Shown: positions 48,129-64,000 of the stretch, in pieces
Layout: every line of letters begins with the position of its first letter
Numbering within the stretch: position 1 is the stretch's first letter
Origin: the human T2T-CHM13v2.0 reference genome, Homo sapiens
Reading direction: 5' to 3' (one strand)
Assembly (NCBI RefSeq): GCF_009914755.1
Contig: NC_060948.1
Length of the DNA: 64,000 nucleotides
Program-made: the position numbers and the translations under genes
Notes under the pieces: generated by a model
What the model saw: only the letters and a program-made list of their open reading frames with translations
What the model was told of the DNA's origin: nothing
The model's database searches: none

Positions 48129-48233
48129 TGTTATGGTCTCACCAATGCATCAAGATGCAACATTCTATCACTGTCTGAGATAATACCTGGAGCTTTTTGT
48201 CACATGTCCAAGGTGATAAAGAAGCACGAACAC

Positions 48234-48767
<534 letters not shown>

Positions 48768-48862
48768 CTAATGTGATGATTCATAGAGGCTGCTTAGGTT
48801 GGACCCGGCCTATCAGGAGCAGAAGTAAAAGCTTGGCCTGGTATGTTGGCACAGGACTAATA

Positions 48863-48947
48863 AGAGACTGATTATTTGTCTCTGAATGATGATTCAGAGA
48901 CTGATTATTTGTCTCTGAATGATGATTCAGAGACTGATTATTTGTCT
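48863..48947. repeat. 33-bp tandem repeat, ~2.6 perfect copies
   Basis: AGAGACTGATTATTTGTCTCTGAATGATGATTC starts at 48863, 48896 and 48929. Confidence 0.95.
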
Positions 48948-48959
48948 TGGCCAAAACCC

Positions 48960-50707
48960 AAGAAAGCAGTCATTAAACCTTAAAAATCCAAAGCAATTTT
49001 ATTTGACTTTATGTCTGACATCTAGGAAAAACTGGTGAACAAGGTAAGCTCCAAAGGCCTTGGGCAGCTTCTTCCCTTTGTCTTTGCAGGATTCAGAATT
49101 GGGTTACCTTGAGCTTATTTTATGGGTTTTAGTTGAGTGTCTGCAGCTTTTTAAGTCTCAGGGGCAAGTTGCCAGTGCATCTACCACTTTGGGGTTTGCA
49201 GGATGATGGCCCTCTTCCCACAGCTCCACCAGGAAAGGCCCCAGTAAGGACTATGTATAGGATTTCCAGCCCCACATTTCCCCATGGTACAGGACTAGTA
49301 GAGTATCTCTGTGGGGCCTCCAACCTGCACCAGTCTTCAGCGTAAGGCCCAGGATTTCCAGTACATCCCTTGAAATTTGGTAGTATCTGTCATGCCTTCT
49401 TTATTTTAGCACTCTGCACACCCGCAGCCTTAGATGTAAATGGAGTTCACCAAGTCTTATGGTTTGCACCTTCCTAAGCAGTGGTCTGAGCTATAAGTGG
49501 AGCCCCTGAGCCAAGACTGGAGCAAGAGTAATCTAGATGCAGGAAGCAGTGTCCTGAAGTTGCACAGACCTGCCTGTCCCTGAGTCTGGCTACTGAAAGC
49601 ATTCTTTTTTCTAAAGACTTTGGGGCTTTTAAGGGAGGGCCTGCAGAAAATATTCTTGAAAGGCTTTCAAGATCTTTTGTCCATTGTCTCTACTACTAGA
49701 AGTTGACTTTATTTTACTTATGCTAACATCTCTATCAAGTGGTTTCTCCACAGCCTCCTCCCAATAATGCTATTTTATTTTCTATGCCATATGACTAGGC
49801 TGCAAATTTTCCAAAATTTTACACTCTCCTTTTGCTTAAAAAATATAGCTTTCACCTTTAAACCATTGCTTTGCTCTTACATTTAAACATAGACTGTTAG
49901 AAGCCACTATTTTTCCTCTCAGATGTTTTGCTGTTTAAGAATTTCTTCTAGGAGATACCTTGAATCATAACTATTAAGTTTACATTTTCACAGATGGCTA
50001 GGGCATAAAAATAATGCAGCCAAGTTTCTTGCTAGAATATAACGTGTGCAACCTTCTTCCAATCTCTAATAAGTTCCTCATTTTCACCAGATACCTTATA
50101 AACCTGGACTTCACTGTCATCACTGTCAGCATTTTGGTCACAACCACTTAGTCTCTAAGAAGTTCCAAACCTTGACTTATCTTTCTGCCTTTCTGAACTC
50201 TCTTACCTCTTCCAACTCCAACCTATTATCCAGTTCTAAAGCTACTTTGACATTATCAGGTACCTTTATAGCAAATTCGTACTCCTTTGTACAAATTTTT
50301 TGTATTAGGCTGTTCTTGTATTACTATAAAGAAATAACTAACACCGGGTAATTTTTTTAAAGGGAGGATTTTTTAGCTTAGTGTTCTACAGGCCATACAG
50401 AGAGCATGCCACTACCACTTGCTCACCTTCTGAGGAGGCCTCAGAGAGCTTTTACTCATGGCAGAAGGTAAACTGAGAGCAGGCACATCATATGGCAAGA
50501 GCAAAACTAAGAGAGGGGAGATTCTACACACTTTTAAACAATTATATTTTACAATAACTCTCCTTCTCTCACAAGGATAACACCAAGCCATGAGAGATTT
50601 ATTCTCCTTAATCAGAAGACTTCACACTAGGACCCACCTATGGCACTGGAGATTACATTTTATAATAACATAAGATTTGGTAGGAACACAGACACAAAAC
50701 TTATCAA
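48960..50707 (-). mobile_element. MST MaLR internal region plus one LTR (~50301-50707, MSTB-like)
   Basis: CCCACAGCTCCACCAGG..CCCAGT, GGCTGCAAATTTTCCAAA; LTR TGTATTAGGCTGTTCTTG...AGATTTGG. Confidence 0.8.
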
Positions 50708-52878
50708 CTACATAAATAAAGTGAATACAAAATCAAGAATGTAACACTATGTATACTTGCTACCAAAAAAATAAAAACCACTTGGGAAACCACTTAGCAA
50801 AGAATTCAAAATATCTGTGTGAGAAATAATACAAAATACTAATAAAAATATAATAGATGACACAAACAAATAAAAACATTACTTATTCTCAAAATTGGAA
50901 AAGTCAATATCTATGATGATCCTATTGCCTAAAGCAATTTTACAGATTTACTAAAATTTTCATTAAAATGCCAGAGATATTGTTCAATAATTTAGAAAAA
51001 TAATCCAAAATTTAGATGGAACACAAAAGTAGCCTGAATAGCCAAAGTAGTCCTAACCAAAAACAACAAAGAATTACATTACCTGACTTCAAAACTATAT
51101 TATTAGACTACAGGAGCAAAAAGAATATAGGACTGGCATAAAAATAAACACATATACCAATGGAAAAGAGAAGAAAAAACAGAAATAACGCCACATATTT
51201 ATTATCAACTGAACTTTAACAAAGTCAAGAAGAACATGCTTTACAGCAATTGGTGCTGAGAAAACTGGATAGTCTTCTATAGAGTAATAAAACCAGACTT
51301 CTATCCCTCACCATATAAAAAATCAAATAAAGATGATTTAAAACATAAGTGTAATGCTTGCACCTATAAACTAGTTAAAGGACCCTTAGTAAAGAGATCT
51401 GGAGTTTGGTCTAGTCAAAGAATTTATGACTAACACCTCAAAACCACAGGTAAAAGTAAATAAATAAATATATCAAACTGAAACTGAGAAAAGCTTCTTC
51501 ACAGAAAATAAATAGTGAAACTCTGAGTGAGAAGATGACTCACAGAGTGAGAAAAATTGTTTGCAAATTTTGCATCCAAAAATACACAATATTGAGAAGC
51601 TACAATGAATTCAAACAAGTAAAAACAAATAATTTACTTAAAACATGGATATAAATAGATATTTTTAGAAATACATAAATATGAAAAACTATGTTTTAAA
51701 AATGTTCAGCATCTCTAATTATCAAAGAAGCACAAATCAGAAAAAAAAATACCATCTTACCCTACTCAGAGTGGCTCTTATTTAGAAGATAGCAGGAGTT
51801 AAAATGACCTAGATATAGCCAGGAAGAAATATCCCCCACTGAGGGATCAGGCCATCAAAAAACAAGGACTCTCCAACAGAAAGTCTACACTCTCTCTTCA
51901 CTCTCATTGCCTTTATTCCAAAGACTAGCAGAAAAACAATGAGTATGGACAGAGAGGCAATGCAGACTTCAGGCTAAAAAAGAGGAAGCTAGAAGTGCTT
52001 AATGAGACATGTAAGCACCAAGACTCATTCCTGAAACTGAGTGGTTCCTAGGAAATAGGTGACTTAAACAGAAATGGAATTGACCACTGTTTCCGTAGAT
52101 CTCATAGAATCCTAGCTACAAGAAACTTCCATGACACACATCAACATTTGAGCTAGTAGAAAAGTCTTGGGAAGATCTCAGAAACAGGACTCCAGTCTAT
52201 GCAGAGCCAAAACAGTGGCATGGGAAAGGCCAGTGAAGCACATCCAGGAAAGCCCAACCTTTATGGCTTACCATGCTCCTCTAGGTAGTTTTAGTTTTTG
52301 TTGATGGTCAGAACTGGAAAATCAGGGCTGTCTTGCCATGCAGTGTTGCAAGTCTAATGTAAATGCATGGCTATGATCACTCTCAGCACAAACACAGATG
52401 CCCAACTGGGGCTCAAATCATAATTTCTTTACTGGCACAGTTTAACTAACAATTAGAGAGCTTCTGCAGATGAACCCAACAGCATGAACCCACTTGCAGC
52501 CCCTTCCTAACACCTTGTCAGCACACAAAGCCAATAGACTTTGCCAACTGTTGTGCTGGAATTTAAACATACCGAGATGTCACTACCACCCTCCTTGTCC
52601 TAGCCAGTACACATACCAATGAACCCCACCACAAGCCATTTTTGAAACAGAAATTAACAAATAACAGTACACTTCAGAGAACTAGAAAAGAAAAGTGTAA
52701 GCCAAACCCAAATATAGCAGAAGAAAAGAAATAACCAAATTCAGGGATGTACTGAATGACATTAAGATGTAAAGAACTATAAAAAGATTAATACAACAAA
52801 AATTTGGTAATCTGAAATAATAAGGTAGACATAGCAATTAGGTAGGTAAAGAGGAAGATGATAGATGATTAGAAAGAT

Positions 52879-52926
<48 letters not shown>
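52879..52926 (+). repeat. (GATA)12 STR; flanks match the recalled primer sites of Y-STR DYS549
   Basis: Count read directly. Flanks are AACCAAATTCAGGGATGTACTGA (52733-52755) and TCACAAATGGAAAAGGGGAC (52949-52968). Confidence 0.85.
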
Positions 52927-52928
<2 letters not shown>

Positions 52929-53664
52929 AAAAATCTACATAAACAAAATCACAAATGGAAAAGGGGACATTACCACTTATGCCACCAAAAAAAACCTTTA
53001 GAGACTATTCTGAACACCTCTATGCACACAAACTAGAAAACTTAGAAGAAAAAAAGTTTATGCAAACAACCTACTAATATTAAGCAAGAAAGATATTTAA
53101 ACTCTGAACAGATAAACAATAAGTTTCAAAATTAAATTAATAATAAGAAGCTTACCAACTAGAAAATGTCCTGAACAGATTCAGAGCTAAATTATACCAC
53201 ATGTTTAAAGAAAAGCTGGTATCAGTGCAACTGAAACTATTGCAAATAATTGAATGGGGGGAAATCTCTCTAACTCATTCTATTAGGCCAGCATAGTTCT
53301 GATAGCAAAACCTGGTAGAGATGCAATGAAAAATAAAACTTAAGACCAACATTCCTAATGAACATTGGTATAAAATAGTAACAAATTGAATACAGTAGCA
53401 CGTCAAAAACTAATCCACAATAACCACATAGGCTGCATTTTTGAGATTCAAGGAAGACTCTCCATATGAAAGTCAATAAATATGGTTTATTATGTAAGCA
53501 GAATGCAAAACATAAACCACAAGATTATTTCAATGTATGAAAAATGTCTTTCAATAAAAATTGACATCAGTTTTCCTAAAAATCCTAAACAATCTGAGGC
53601 ATTAAATAAACATAATTTAAAACAATAAAAATTATCTATGAAAAACAAACAGCAAATATTCTAG

Positions 53665-53878
53665 GTGTGCGAGACCAGCTTGGACCATACATTGATACCC
53701 TATATGTATATTTTTTTAAATTATCCAGCCATGGTGGTGTGCACCTGGAGTTCCAGCTACTTGGGAGGCTGAGGTATGAGGATCAATTAAGCCTGGATGT
53801 GGAGGATGCCATGAGCTGAGACTGCCCAACTGCACTCCCACCTGAGTGGCAGAGTGAGATTATGTCTGAAGAAAAAAA
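53665..53878 (+). mobile_element. Partial old Alu (J-like)
   Basis: CAGCCATGGTGGTGTGCACCTGGAGTTCCAGCTACTTGGGAGGCTGAGG...GGATCAATTAAGCCTGG. Confidence 0.8.
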
Positions 53879-54567
53879 GGAGATAAAGAACATGTCCTTC
53901 AAAAAGGGACATATACACAATGAACAAAGATATTTTCAAATTGCTTAACATCACTATTTAAAAACACAAATTAAAAATCACAATGAGATATGATCTCACA
54001 CCAGTTAGACAGACTATTGATGAAAAGTGAGAATATAATAAATACTGGACAGGTTATAGAACAAACAGAATGCTTATACACTGCCGATGTAAACAGAAAT
54101 TACTTCAGCCATTGTGAAGAGCAGTTTAGAGGTTGCAGAAATAAAACACAGCTACCATTCGACCCAGCAATCCCATTACTGTTTATATATCCATGAAATT
54201 ATAAATTGTTTTATCAGAAAGACACATGCACTTGTATGTTCATCACACTATTCACAATAGCAAAGAAATAAAATCAACTTGATGCCTATAATATGAAACT
54301 ATATTTTTAAAATATGTAACATTTATACCATGGAATACTATGCAGCCATAAAACTTAAAACATGACATCTGCAGCAACACATACAGACGTGATGATAATT
54401 ATTTTAAGTGAATTAATGCAAAAACAGCAAACAAAAAACTTCAAGACGTTGCTTATAAGTGAAAGGTGACTAATGAATACATGTCAACATACAAAAGGAC
54501 GTTAGATACCAGAGCCATCCTTGTGGGTTGAGAATAAAAGGAAACCGAGGATTGAAAAGTACCCATC

Positions 54568-57500
54568 ACCAAGATGAGCGAATAGGAACAGTTCTGGTGT
54601 GCAGTTCCCAGCAAGACCAATGCCGAAGGTGGGTGATTTCTGCATTTCCTATTGAAGTACACAGTTCATCCAATTGGGACTGGTTAGACAGTGGGTGCAA
54701 CACATTGAGGACAAGCAGAAGCAGGTTAGGGCATTGCTTCACCTCAGCAGTGCAAGGAGCTGGGGGGCCTCCCTTCCCCAGCCAAGGGGAGCTGTTAGGG
54801 ACTGTGTTACTTTGCCCAGATACTACACTTTTCACACTGTTTTTGCAATCCACAGATTGGGAGATTCCCTAGTGTGCCAATACCATCAGGGCCCTGGGTT
54901 TTAAGCACAAAACTGAGTGGCTGGGCAGACACTGAGCTAGCTGCAGGAGTTTTTTTCATACCCCAGTGGCACCTGGAATCCCGGCGAGACAAAACCTCAC
55001 TCCCCTGGAAAGGGGGTTGAAGCAAGGGAGCTAAGTGGTCTGGCTCAGTAGGTCCCACTCCCACAGAGCCCAGCAAGGTGAGAACCACTGGCTTGAAATT
55101 TTCACTGCCAGCACAGCAGTCTGAAGTGGACCTGAAATAATCATGCTTGGTGGGGATAGGGATACCCACAATTACTGAGGCTTTAGTAGGTGCTTTTCCC
55201 CTACAGTGCTGGAGTCTGGGAGGGGTGGAAGGCATGGAATTCACCATAGTGTGGCAAAATGGCTGTCGTCAGAATGCTTTTCTGTATTCCTCCTCACTGG
55301 ACAGGGTATCTCTGAAGGAAAGGCAACAGCTCCAATCAGGGGTTACCCATAATCTCCTATCTCTCTGGCACAGAGCACCTGGAGCAGGGGGAAGATATGC
55401 ATGCAGCTTCAGTGGATTTCATCTCTCCTGCCTGCCAGCTCTGAAGTGAGCAGCTCATCCTGATGCTCCCAGCTGATTCCCCCAGCACAGCGCACTGGCT
55501 CTGCTAAGAGACAGACTGCCTCGCTTCAGGGACAGAGAAAAAAAAGAATGAAAAAGAACAATCAAAGCCTCCAAAAAATATGGAACTATGTGAAAAGACC
55601 AAACCTAAAACTGACTGGTGTACCTGAAGTGATGGGGAGAATGGAACCAAGTTGGAAAACACACATCAGGATATTATCCAGGAGAACTTCCCCAACCCAG
55701 CAAAACAGGCCAACATTCAAATTCAGGAAAGACAGAGAATGCCACTAAGATACTCCTCGAGAAGGGAAACCCCAGGACACACAATCATCAGATATCCCAA
55801 GGTCGAAAGAGAGGAAAAATAAATGTTAAGGACAGCCAGAGAGAAAGGTCAGGTTAAATACAAAAGGAAGCCTATTACACTAACAGCCAATCTCTCTACA
55901 GAAACCCCACAAGCCAGAAGAAAGTGGGTGCCAATATTCAACATTCTTAAAGAAAACAATTTTCAACCTTGAATTTAATATCCAGCCAAACTAAGCTTCA
56001 TAAGCCAAGGAGAAACAGATTCATTTCCAGACAAGCAAGTGCTGAGGGATTTTTGTCAGCATCAGGCCTGCCTTACAAGAGCTCCTGAAGGAAGCACTAA
56101 ATATGGAAAGGAAAAACCAGTACCAGCCACTGCAAAAACACAGCAAAATATAAAGACACAATGAAGAAATTGCATCAACTAATGTGCAAAATAACCAACT
56201 AGCATCATGACGACAGAATCAAATTCATAAATAAAAATATTAATCATAAACATAAATGGCAAAATGCTGCAATTAAAAGACACAGACTGGCAAATTGGAT
56301 AAAGAGTCAAGACCCATCTGTCTGCTATATTCAGGAGATGATTTTCACAAGCAAAGACACACATAGGTTCAAAATAAATGTATGGAGGAATATTTAACAC
56401 GCAAATGAAAAGCAAAAAAAAAAAAAAAGGCAGGAGTTGCAGTCCTAGTCTCTGATAAAACAGACTTTAAACCAACAAAGATCAAAAAACACAAAGAAGG
56501 GCATTACATAATGACAAAAGGATCAGTTCAACAAGAAGAGCTAACTATCCTGAATATGCACACACCTAATGCAAGAGCACCCAGATTTATGAAACAACTT
56601 ATTAGAGACCTACAAAGAGACTTACACTGCTGCATAATAATGTTGGTAGACTTTAACACTCACTGTCAATATTAGGTCAGCAAGACAGAAAATTAACAAG
56701 GATATTCAGGACTTGAACTCAGATCCAGACAAAGTGGGCCTAAAAGATGCTTATAGAACTCTCCACCCCAAACCAACAGAATACACATTCTTCTCAGTGC
56801 CACATAGAATGTACTCTAAAATCCACCACATAATTCAGCAAATGCATAAGAATGGAATTAAAAACAAACAGCCTGTCAGACCACTGTGCAATCAAATTAG
56901 AATTCAGGATTTAAAAACTCACTCAAAACTGCACAACTACATGAAAACTGAACAACCTGCTCCTGAAGGACTACTGAGTAAATAACAAAATTAAGGCAGA
57001 AATAAAGAAGTTATTTTAAACCAATGAGTACTAAGAGACAATGTACCAGAATCTCTGGGACACAACTAAAGCAATGTTAAGAGGGAAAGGTATAGCACTA
57101 AATGCCCATATCAGAAAGTGGGAAATAAAGAGAAAAAGAAAGAAGAATCAAATAGACAAAATAAAAAGAGATAAAGGGAACATCACTACTGATCCCACAG
57201 AAAAACGAACCACCATCAGAGAATACTATAAAGACCCCTGCGTAGATAAGCAAGAAAATCTATAAGAAATAGATAAATTCCTGGACACATACACCCTCCA
57301 AAGGCTAAACCGTGAAGAAGTCAAATTCCTGAATAGACCAATAACAAGTTCTGAAATTGAGGCAGCAATTAATAGTCTTCCAACAAAAAAACCCTAGGAT
57401 TAGATGGATTCACAGCCGAATTCATCCAGAGATAGAAACAGGAGATGGTACCTTTCCTTCTGTAACTATTCCAAACAATTATAGAAGAGAGACTCCTCCC

Positions 57501-60004
57501 TATCTCTTATGAGCCCACCATCATTATACAAAAATCTGGCAAAGACACACACAAAAAAGAAAAATTCATGCCAATATACATGATGAACATTGATGTGAAA
57601 ATCCTCAATAAAATACTGCAAAGTGAACCCAGCAGCACATCAAAAAGCTTATCCACCATGATCAAGTTGGCTTCATCTCTGGGATGCAAGACTTGTTCAG
57701 CATACACAAATCATTAAATGTAAGCCATCGCATAAACAGAATCAATGACAAAAACCACATGATTATCCAATAGATGCAGAAAGGCTTTCAGTAAAATTCA
57801 ACATTGCTTCATGGTAAAACTCTCAATAAACTAGGTATTGATGGAACATATCTCAAAATAATAAGAGCTTTTTATGTCACATCCATAGACAATATCATAC
57901 TGAATAGACAAAAGCTGGTAGCATTCCCTTTGAAAGCGGGCACAAGACAACGATGCCTTCTCACACCACTCCTATTCAACATAGTGTTGGAAATTCTGTC
58001 CAGGGCAATCAGACAAGAGAAAGAAATAAAGGTATTCAAATAGAGAAGAAGTCAAATTGTCTCTGTTTGCAGATGACATAATTGCATATTTAGAAAACTC
58101 CATCATCTCAGCCCCAAAACCCTTTAAGCTCATAAGAAACTTCAGCAAATTCTCAGGATACAAAATCAATGTGCAAAAATCACAGTCATTCCTATACACC
58201 AGTAATAGACAAGCTGAGAGCCAAATCATGAGTGAATGCCAATTCAGAATTGCTACACAGAGAACAAAATACCTAGGAATAAAACTTACAGGGGATGTAA
58301 AGGACCTCTTCAAGAAGAACTATAAACCACTGTTTAAGGAAGTAAGAGAGGACCCAAACAAATCGAAAAACATTCCATGATCATGGATAGGAAGAATCAA
58401 TATTGTGAAAATGTCCATAGTGCCCAAAGTAATTTATAGATTCAATGCTATTCTTATCAAGCTACCATTGACTTTCTTCAAAGATTTAGATAAAAATAAT
58501 TTAAATTTCATGTGGAACCAAAAAAAAGAGCTCATATAGTCAAGATAATCCTAAGCAAATGAACAAAGCTGGAGTCATCATTCTACTTAACTTCAAACTA
58601 CACTACAAGGCTACAGTATCTAAAACAGCATGGTGCTGGCACCAAAACAGATATACAGACCAATGGAACAGAACAGAGGCCAGAAATACCACCACACATC
58701 TACAACCATCTGATATTTAACAAACCTGACAAAAACATTCAATGGGGAAGTATTCATTATTTAATAAATGTTGCTGCAAAACTATGTGGAGAAAACAGAA
58801 ACTGGGCAGTTCCTTACACCTCATATAAAAATTAACTCTAGATGCATTAAGGATTTAAATGTAAAACCTAAAACTATAAAAACGCTAGAAGAAAACCTAG
58901 GCAATGCCATTCAGGACATAGGCATGAGCAAAGACTCATGATGAAAACACCAAAAGCAATGGCAACAAAAGCCAAAATTGACAAATCATATCAAATCAAA
59001 CTCAAGAGCTTCTACACAACAAAATAAACTAGCATCGGAGTGAACAGGCAACCTACAGAATAGGAGAAAAATTTTGCAATCTATCTATCTGACAAAGGTC
59101 TAATATCTAGACTCCACAAGGAACTTAAACAAATTTATAAGAAAAAAACAACCTCATCAAAAAGTGGGAAAAGGATATAAATGGACACTTCTCAAAAGAA
59201 GACTTCATGTGACCAACAAACATATGAAAAAAAGCTCATCATCACTCATCATTAGAGAAATGCAAATCAAAATCACAATGTGATGCCATCTCACTCCAAT
59301 TAGAATGGCAATTATTAAAAAGGAAGCAACAGATCCTGGAGAAGCTGTGGAAGAATAGTAATGCTTTTACACTGTTGGTGGGTGTATAAATTAGTTCAAC
59401 CATTGTGGAAGAGTGTGTGGTGATTCCTCAAGGATCTAGAATCAGAAATACAATGTGGCCCAGCTATCCCATTACTGAGCACACATCAAAGTGTTATAAA
59501 TCATTCTACCCTTAAGACACATGCACATGTATGATTATTGCAGCACTACTTACAATAGCAAAGACTTGGAACCTACCCAAATGCCCATCAATAATAGATT
59601 GGATAAAGAAAATGTGGCACATATACACCATGGAATACTATGCAGCCATCAGAAATTAGTTCATGTTTTTGCAGGGACATGGATGAAGCTGGGAGCCATC
59701 ATTCGCAGCCAACTAACACAGGAACATAAAACCAAACACCGCCTGTTCTCACTCATAAGTGGGAGTTGAACAATTAGAACAAATGGACATAGGGAGGGGA
59801 ACATCACACACCAAGGCCTTTTGGGGCCATGGGGGAAAGTGGAGGGAGAGCATTAGAAAACACATAGGGCATGTGGGGCGTAAAACAGAGATGACAGTTT
59901 GATAAGTGCAGCAAACCACCATGGCACATGTATACCTATGTAACAAACGTTCATGTTCTGCACATGTATCCCAGAACTTAAAGTAAAATAAAAAAATAGA
60001 AAAA
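54568..60004 (+). mobile_element. Originally full-length L1PA7/8-like element with internal deletions; ORF1 and ORF2 disabled
   Basis: Starts CCAAGATGAGCGAATAGGAACAG. ORF1 relic [30 protein letters not shown], 3'UTR and A tail. TSD-like GAAAAGTACCCATCA / GAAAAATATCCATCA. Confidence 0.92.
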
Positions 60005-60917
60005 TATCCATCATGTACTCTATTCATTACCCTGGTTACAAAATAATTTGTACACAAACCACTGTGACACACAATTTAAACATGTAACAAGTCTGAACAT
60101 GTACCCTCTGAACTGAACATAATAATTGAAAATTAAGAAAGACAAAAATAAGACAATTTTGTGAATATGTAAAAAAAAAAAAGAGAATTCTTTTTCATTG
60201 TTGGTGGGAATGTAAATTAGTACAGTCACTATAAAAAATTGTGAAGAACAAATATTTTTCACAGAATCATACATACAGCTTCTACTAAATTCTGCCATTT
60301 TTGGGGGGGTATTAATTTAAATGAAAAAAAATAAATATATAAAAAATATATATTCCAATCCTATACTTATCCCAGCCCTGCTTACATCAGCAGAAACATG
60401 GACTCTACATGTATCCACAAATACATGATGAAGAAAGTATAATATATACATATATATATACAAAAAAATTACTTATTCACTAAAAAAATAAAAAATGTTT
60501 TGCAACAAGAATAATGAAACTGAAGGTTCTTATTTTAAGTAAAACAAGTCTGGCATAGAAAGTTAAATATTGCATGTTCTCACTCATAAGTAGGTGCTGA
60601 AAGCATGTACTCATGGTTATAGACAGTAGAGAGTGGATATAGACAAGGAGGCTGTGAATGGGATGGATTGGAAGAAGCATGGCTGATCAATTAATGGATA
60701 ATGGATACAAAGTATGTTTTTCAAGTAATCAGTACCATAAAGTTCTTACTTGAACATCATGCAATCAAAGCCTCTAACTAACTTATATCCCATAAATTTA
60801 TGACAGATAGAATTAAAAAGTAAAACAATTGTTTAAAGGCTTAAACACAAATTTCTTCAAAAGAGATATACAAATGTTCAAAAAGCACATAAAAAGAAAT
60901 TCAACAATGGTAATTAT

Positions 60918-61130
60918 TAGAATGAGAACACATGGACACAGGAAGGGGAACATCACACACGGTGGCCTGTTGTGGGGTAGGGGGAGGGATGAGGGATAGC
61001 TTTTGGAGATATACCTAATGTCAAACGGTGAGTTACTGGGTACAGCACACCAACATGGCACATGTATACATATGTAACTAACCTGCACCTTGTGCACATG
61101 TACCCTAAAACTTAAAGCATAATAAAAAAA
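60918..61130 (+). mobile_element. Very short 5'-truncated L1PA 3'UTR inserted into an older L1
   Basis: AATGAGAACACATGGACACAGGAAGGGGAAC...TACCCTAAAACTTAAAGCATAATAAAAAAAA. Confidence 0.9.
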
Positions 61131-61579
61131 AGAAATTGCAAATTAAAACCATAGTGAGATATCACCTCACACACATTAGTATAGCCAATATTAAAAAAAA
61201 AAGAAGAAGACATGTTAGTAAACTTGTGAACAAAGGAGAAAGTAAAATGGTACAGACATTGTATTAAACAGTATAGTAGTTCCTCAAAAATTAAAATGTA
61301 CTGAACTGAGTGCACTGCTTTATGACTGTTACTCCATTTACATGAGAGGCTGAAGCAAAAGAATCACTTGAATCACTTTAACTTAAATTTTTAAGAGACT
61401 AACAAACCCATCAAAAGGGGTCAAAGGAAAGGAACAGATACTTCTCAAAAGAAGACATTTATACAGCAAAAAGACACAAAAAAGAACTTCAACATCATTG
61501 ATCATTAGAGAAATACAAATCAAAACTACAATGAAATACCATCTCATGCCAGTCAGAATGGCAATTATTAAATATATTG

Positions 61580-64000
<2,421 letters not shown>

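Larger units (their letters stand above)
50710..54565 (+). mobile_element. Stack of old sense L1 pieces (ORF2 3' fragment, a 5'UTR at ~51795-52640, ORF2 middle, 3' region); the host 3' end resumes at ~60005
   Basis: CATTACCTGACTTCAAA, CACCTCTATGCACACAAACTAGAAAA, CCATTCGACCCAGCAATCCCATTACT. Confidence 0.7.

Noticed and set aside
54568-60004. Potentially active full-length L1
   Set aside because: ORF1 start deleted, many stops and frameshifts, CpG-decayed promoter.

Overview
Human-type (primate) genomic DNA, almost entirely nested retroelement remnants (L1, Alu, MaLR, ERV1/LTR12), with no intact protein-coding gene, RNA gene or CRISPR array. The one gene-derived feature is a full-length, disabled GAPDH processed pseudogene (22037-23313) inserted in an old L1. 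Two microsatellites match my recollection of the forensic Y-STRs DYS630 (10403-10520) and DYS549 (52879-52926). That would place the window on human Yq11.22 and make the pseudogene GAPDHP19; this comes from memory and needs a BLAT check. Essentially all listed ORFs are L1, Alu or ERV fragments, antisense shadows of them, or low-complexity artefacts. I found no evidence of a new biological system. The interesting signals are mechanistic fossils: a twin-primed L1 with an inverted promoter, a ~3 kb internal gap and a 3' transduction; a ~108-bp templated insertion copied from 1.55 kb away; a near-consensus AluYa5; an ERV1 LTR family carrying a tRNA-Gly PBS-like copy inside the LTR; several local duplications; and two weak exon-like relics in non-repeat islands. 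Boundaries and subfamily calls were read by eye and are approximate.
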